The position numbers and the translations under genes were made by a program. A DNA stretch of 64,000 nt from Octopus vulgaris (Eukaryota). The stretch covers positions 34,286,001 through 34,350,000 of the forward strand of contig OX597817.1 in assembly GCA_951406725.2 (NCBI GenBank). The letters run 5' to 3'. A model generated the notes under the pieces. The model made no database searches. It was not told where the DNA came from and saw only the letters and a program-made list of their open reading frames with translations. Shown piece after piece: positions 63,548 to 64,000 of the stretch. Numbering within the stretch: position 1 is the first letter of the stretch; every line of letters starts with the position of its first letter.

Positions 63548-63784
63548 TATATCCTTAATTATGAAAGCATTTTTTTTTTTGTATATTGATAATTTAGGTA
63601 TTCATTAGGAGAACTTTGAAACCTCAAGTCCTTTATTTTTATGTATTAATCAGGAAATGCTAAGAAGTCTTTTGGGGGTTATAGACTTAATTCTTTCTGA
63701 AACAGAAACAAAGCAAGCATTAAAATTTTGTAATAGTGTTTTGTTTTTTTTCCCAATTTGTTTTGGGTGTAAGCCTAAACAGTT

Positions 63785-64000
63785 GTCATCATCACCAACA
63801 ACAACATCTTCATCATCATCATCATCATCATCACCATCATTGTTTAATGTCCATTTTTCATGCTGGTATGAGTTCGACAGCTTTAACCGGAACTGACAAG
63901 CCAGAGGACCGTACCAAGCTCTAATACCTGTTTTGGCATGCTTTCCACAGTTGGATGCCTTTCCTAATGCTAACCACTTTACAGAATGTACTGAGTGCTT
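63785..64000 (-). mobile_element. Old RTE 3' tail running off the window
   Basis: (cat)n tgtttaatgtcc..ggatgcctttcctaatgc. Confidence 0.8.

Overview
AT-rich, repeat-saturated animal genomic DNA with no intact protein-coding gene; almost all listed ORFs are translations of microsatellites or repeats. The tRNA-derived SINE types, the RTE tails ending in (GAT)n and the dense (TA)n/(TCTA)n tracts point to an octopus or other coleoid genome (inference). The window holds several tRNA-SINE families (CORE-, V- and Meta-like domains), about 20 5'-truncated RTE LINE tails plus longer RTE/CR1 remnants, a decayed DD34E Tc1 element, hAT, piggyBac and mariner MITEs, and Helitron and Helentron (HINE) elements. 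A TE-free, CpG-retaining island at about 31.7-32.5 kb contains a candidate minus-strand first coding exon (MSLQT, then CAG|GTAAGT). Three things stand out. (1) There is a set of Penelope-type type I hammerhead ribozyme motifs, including a composite element in which a tRNA/Pol III head is fused to a hammerhead unit and preceded by an 88-bp inverted copy (48713-49087). (2) A 121-bp-arm near-perfect palindrome lies at 35464-35713. (3) A perfect 41-bp inverted repeat 1.7 kb apart caps two otherwise unrelated ~330-bp elements. Family names are assigned by eye from motifs, not from database searches.
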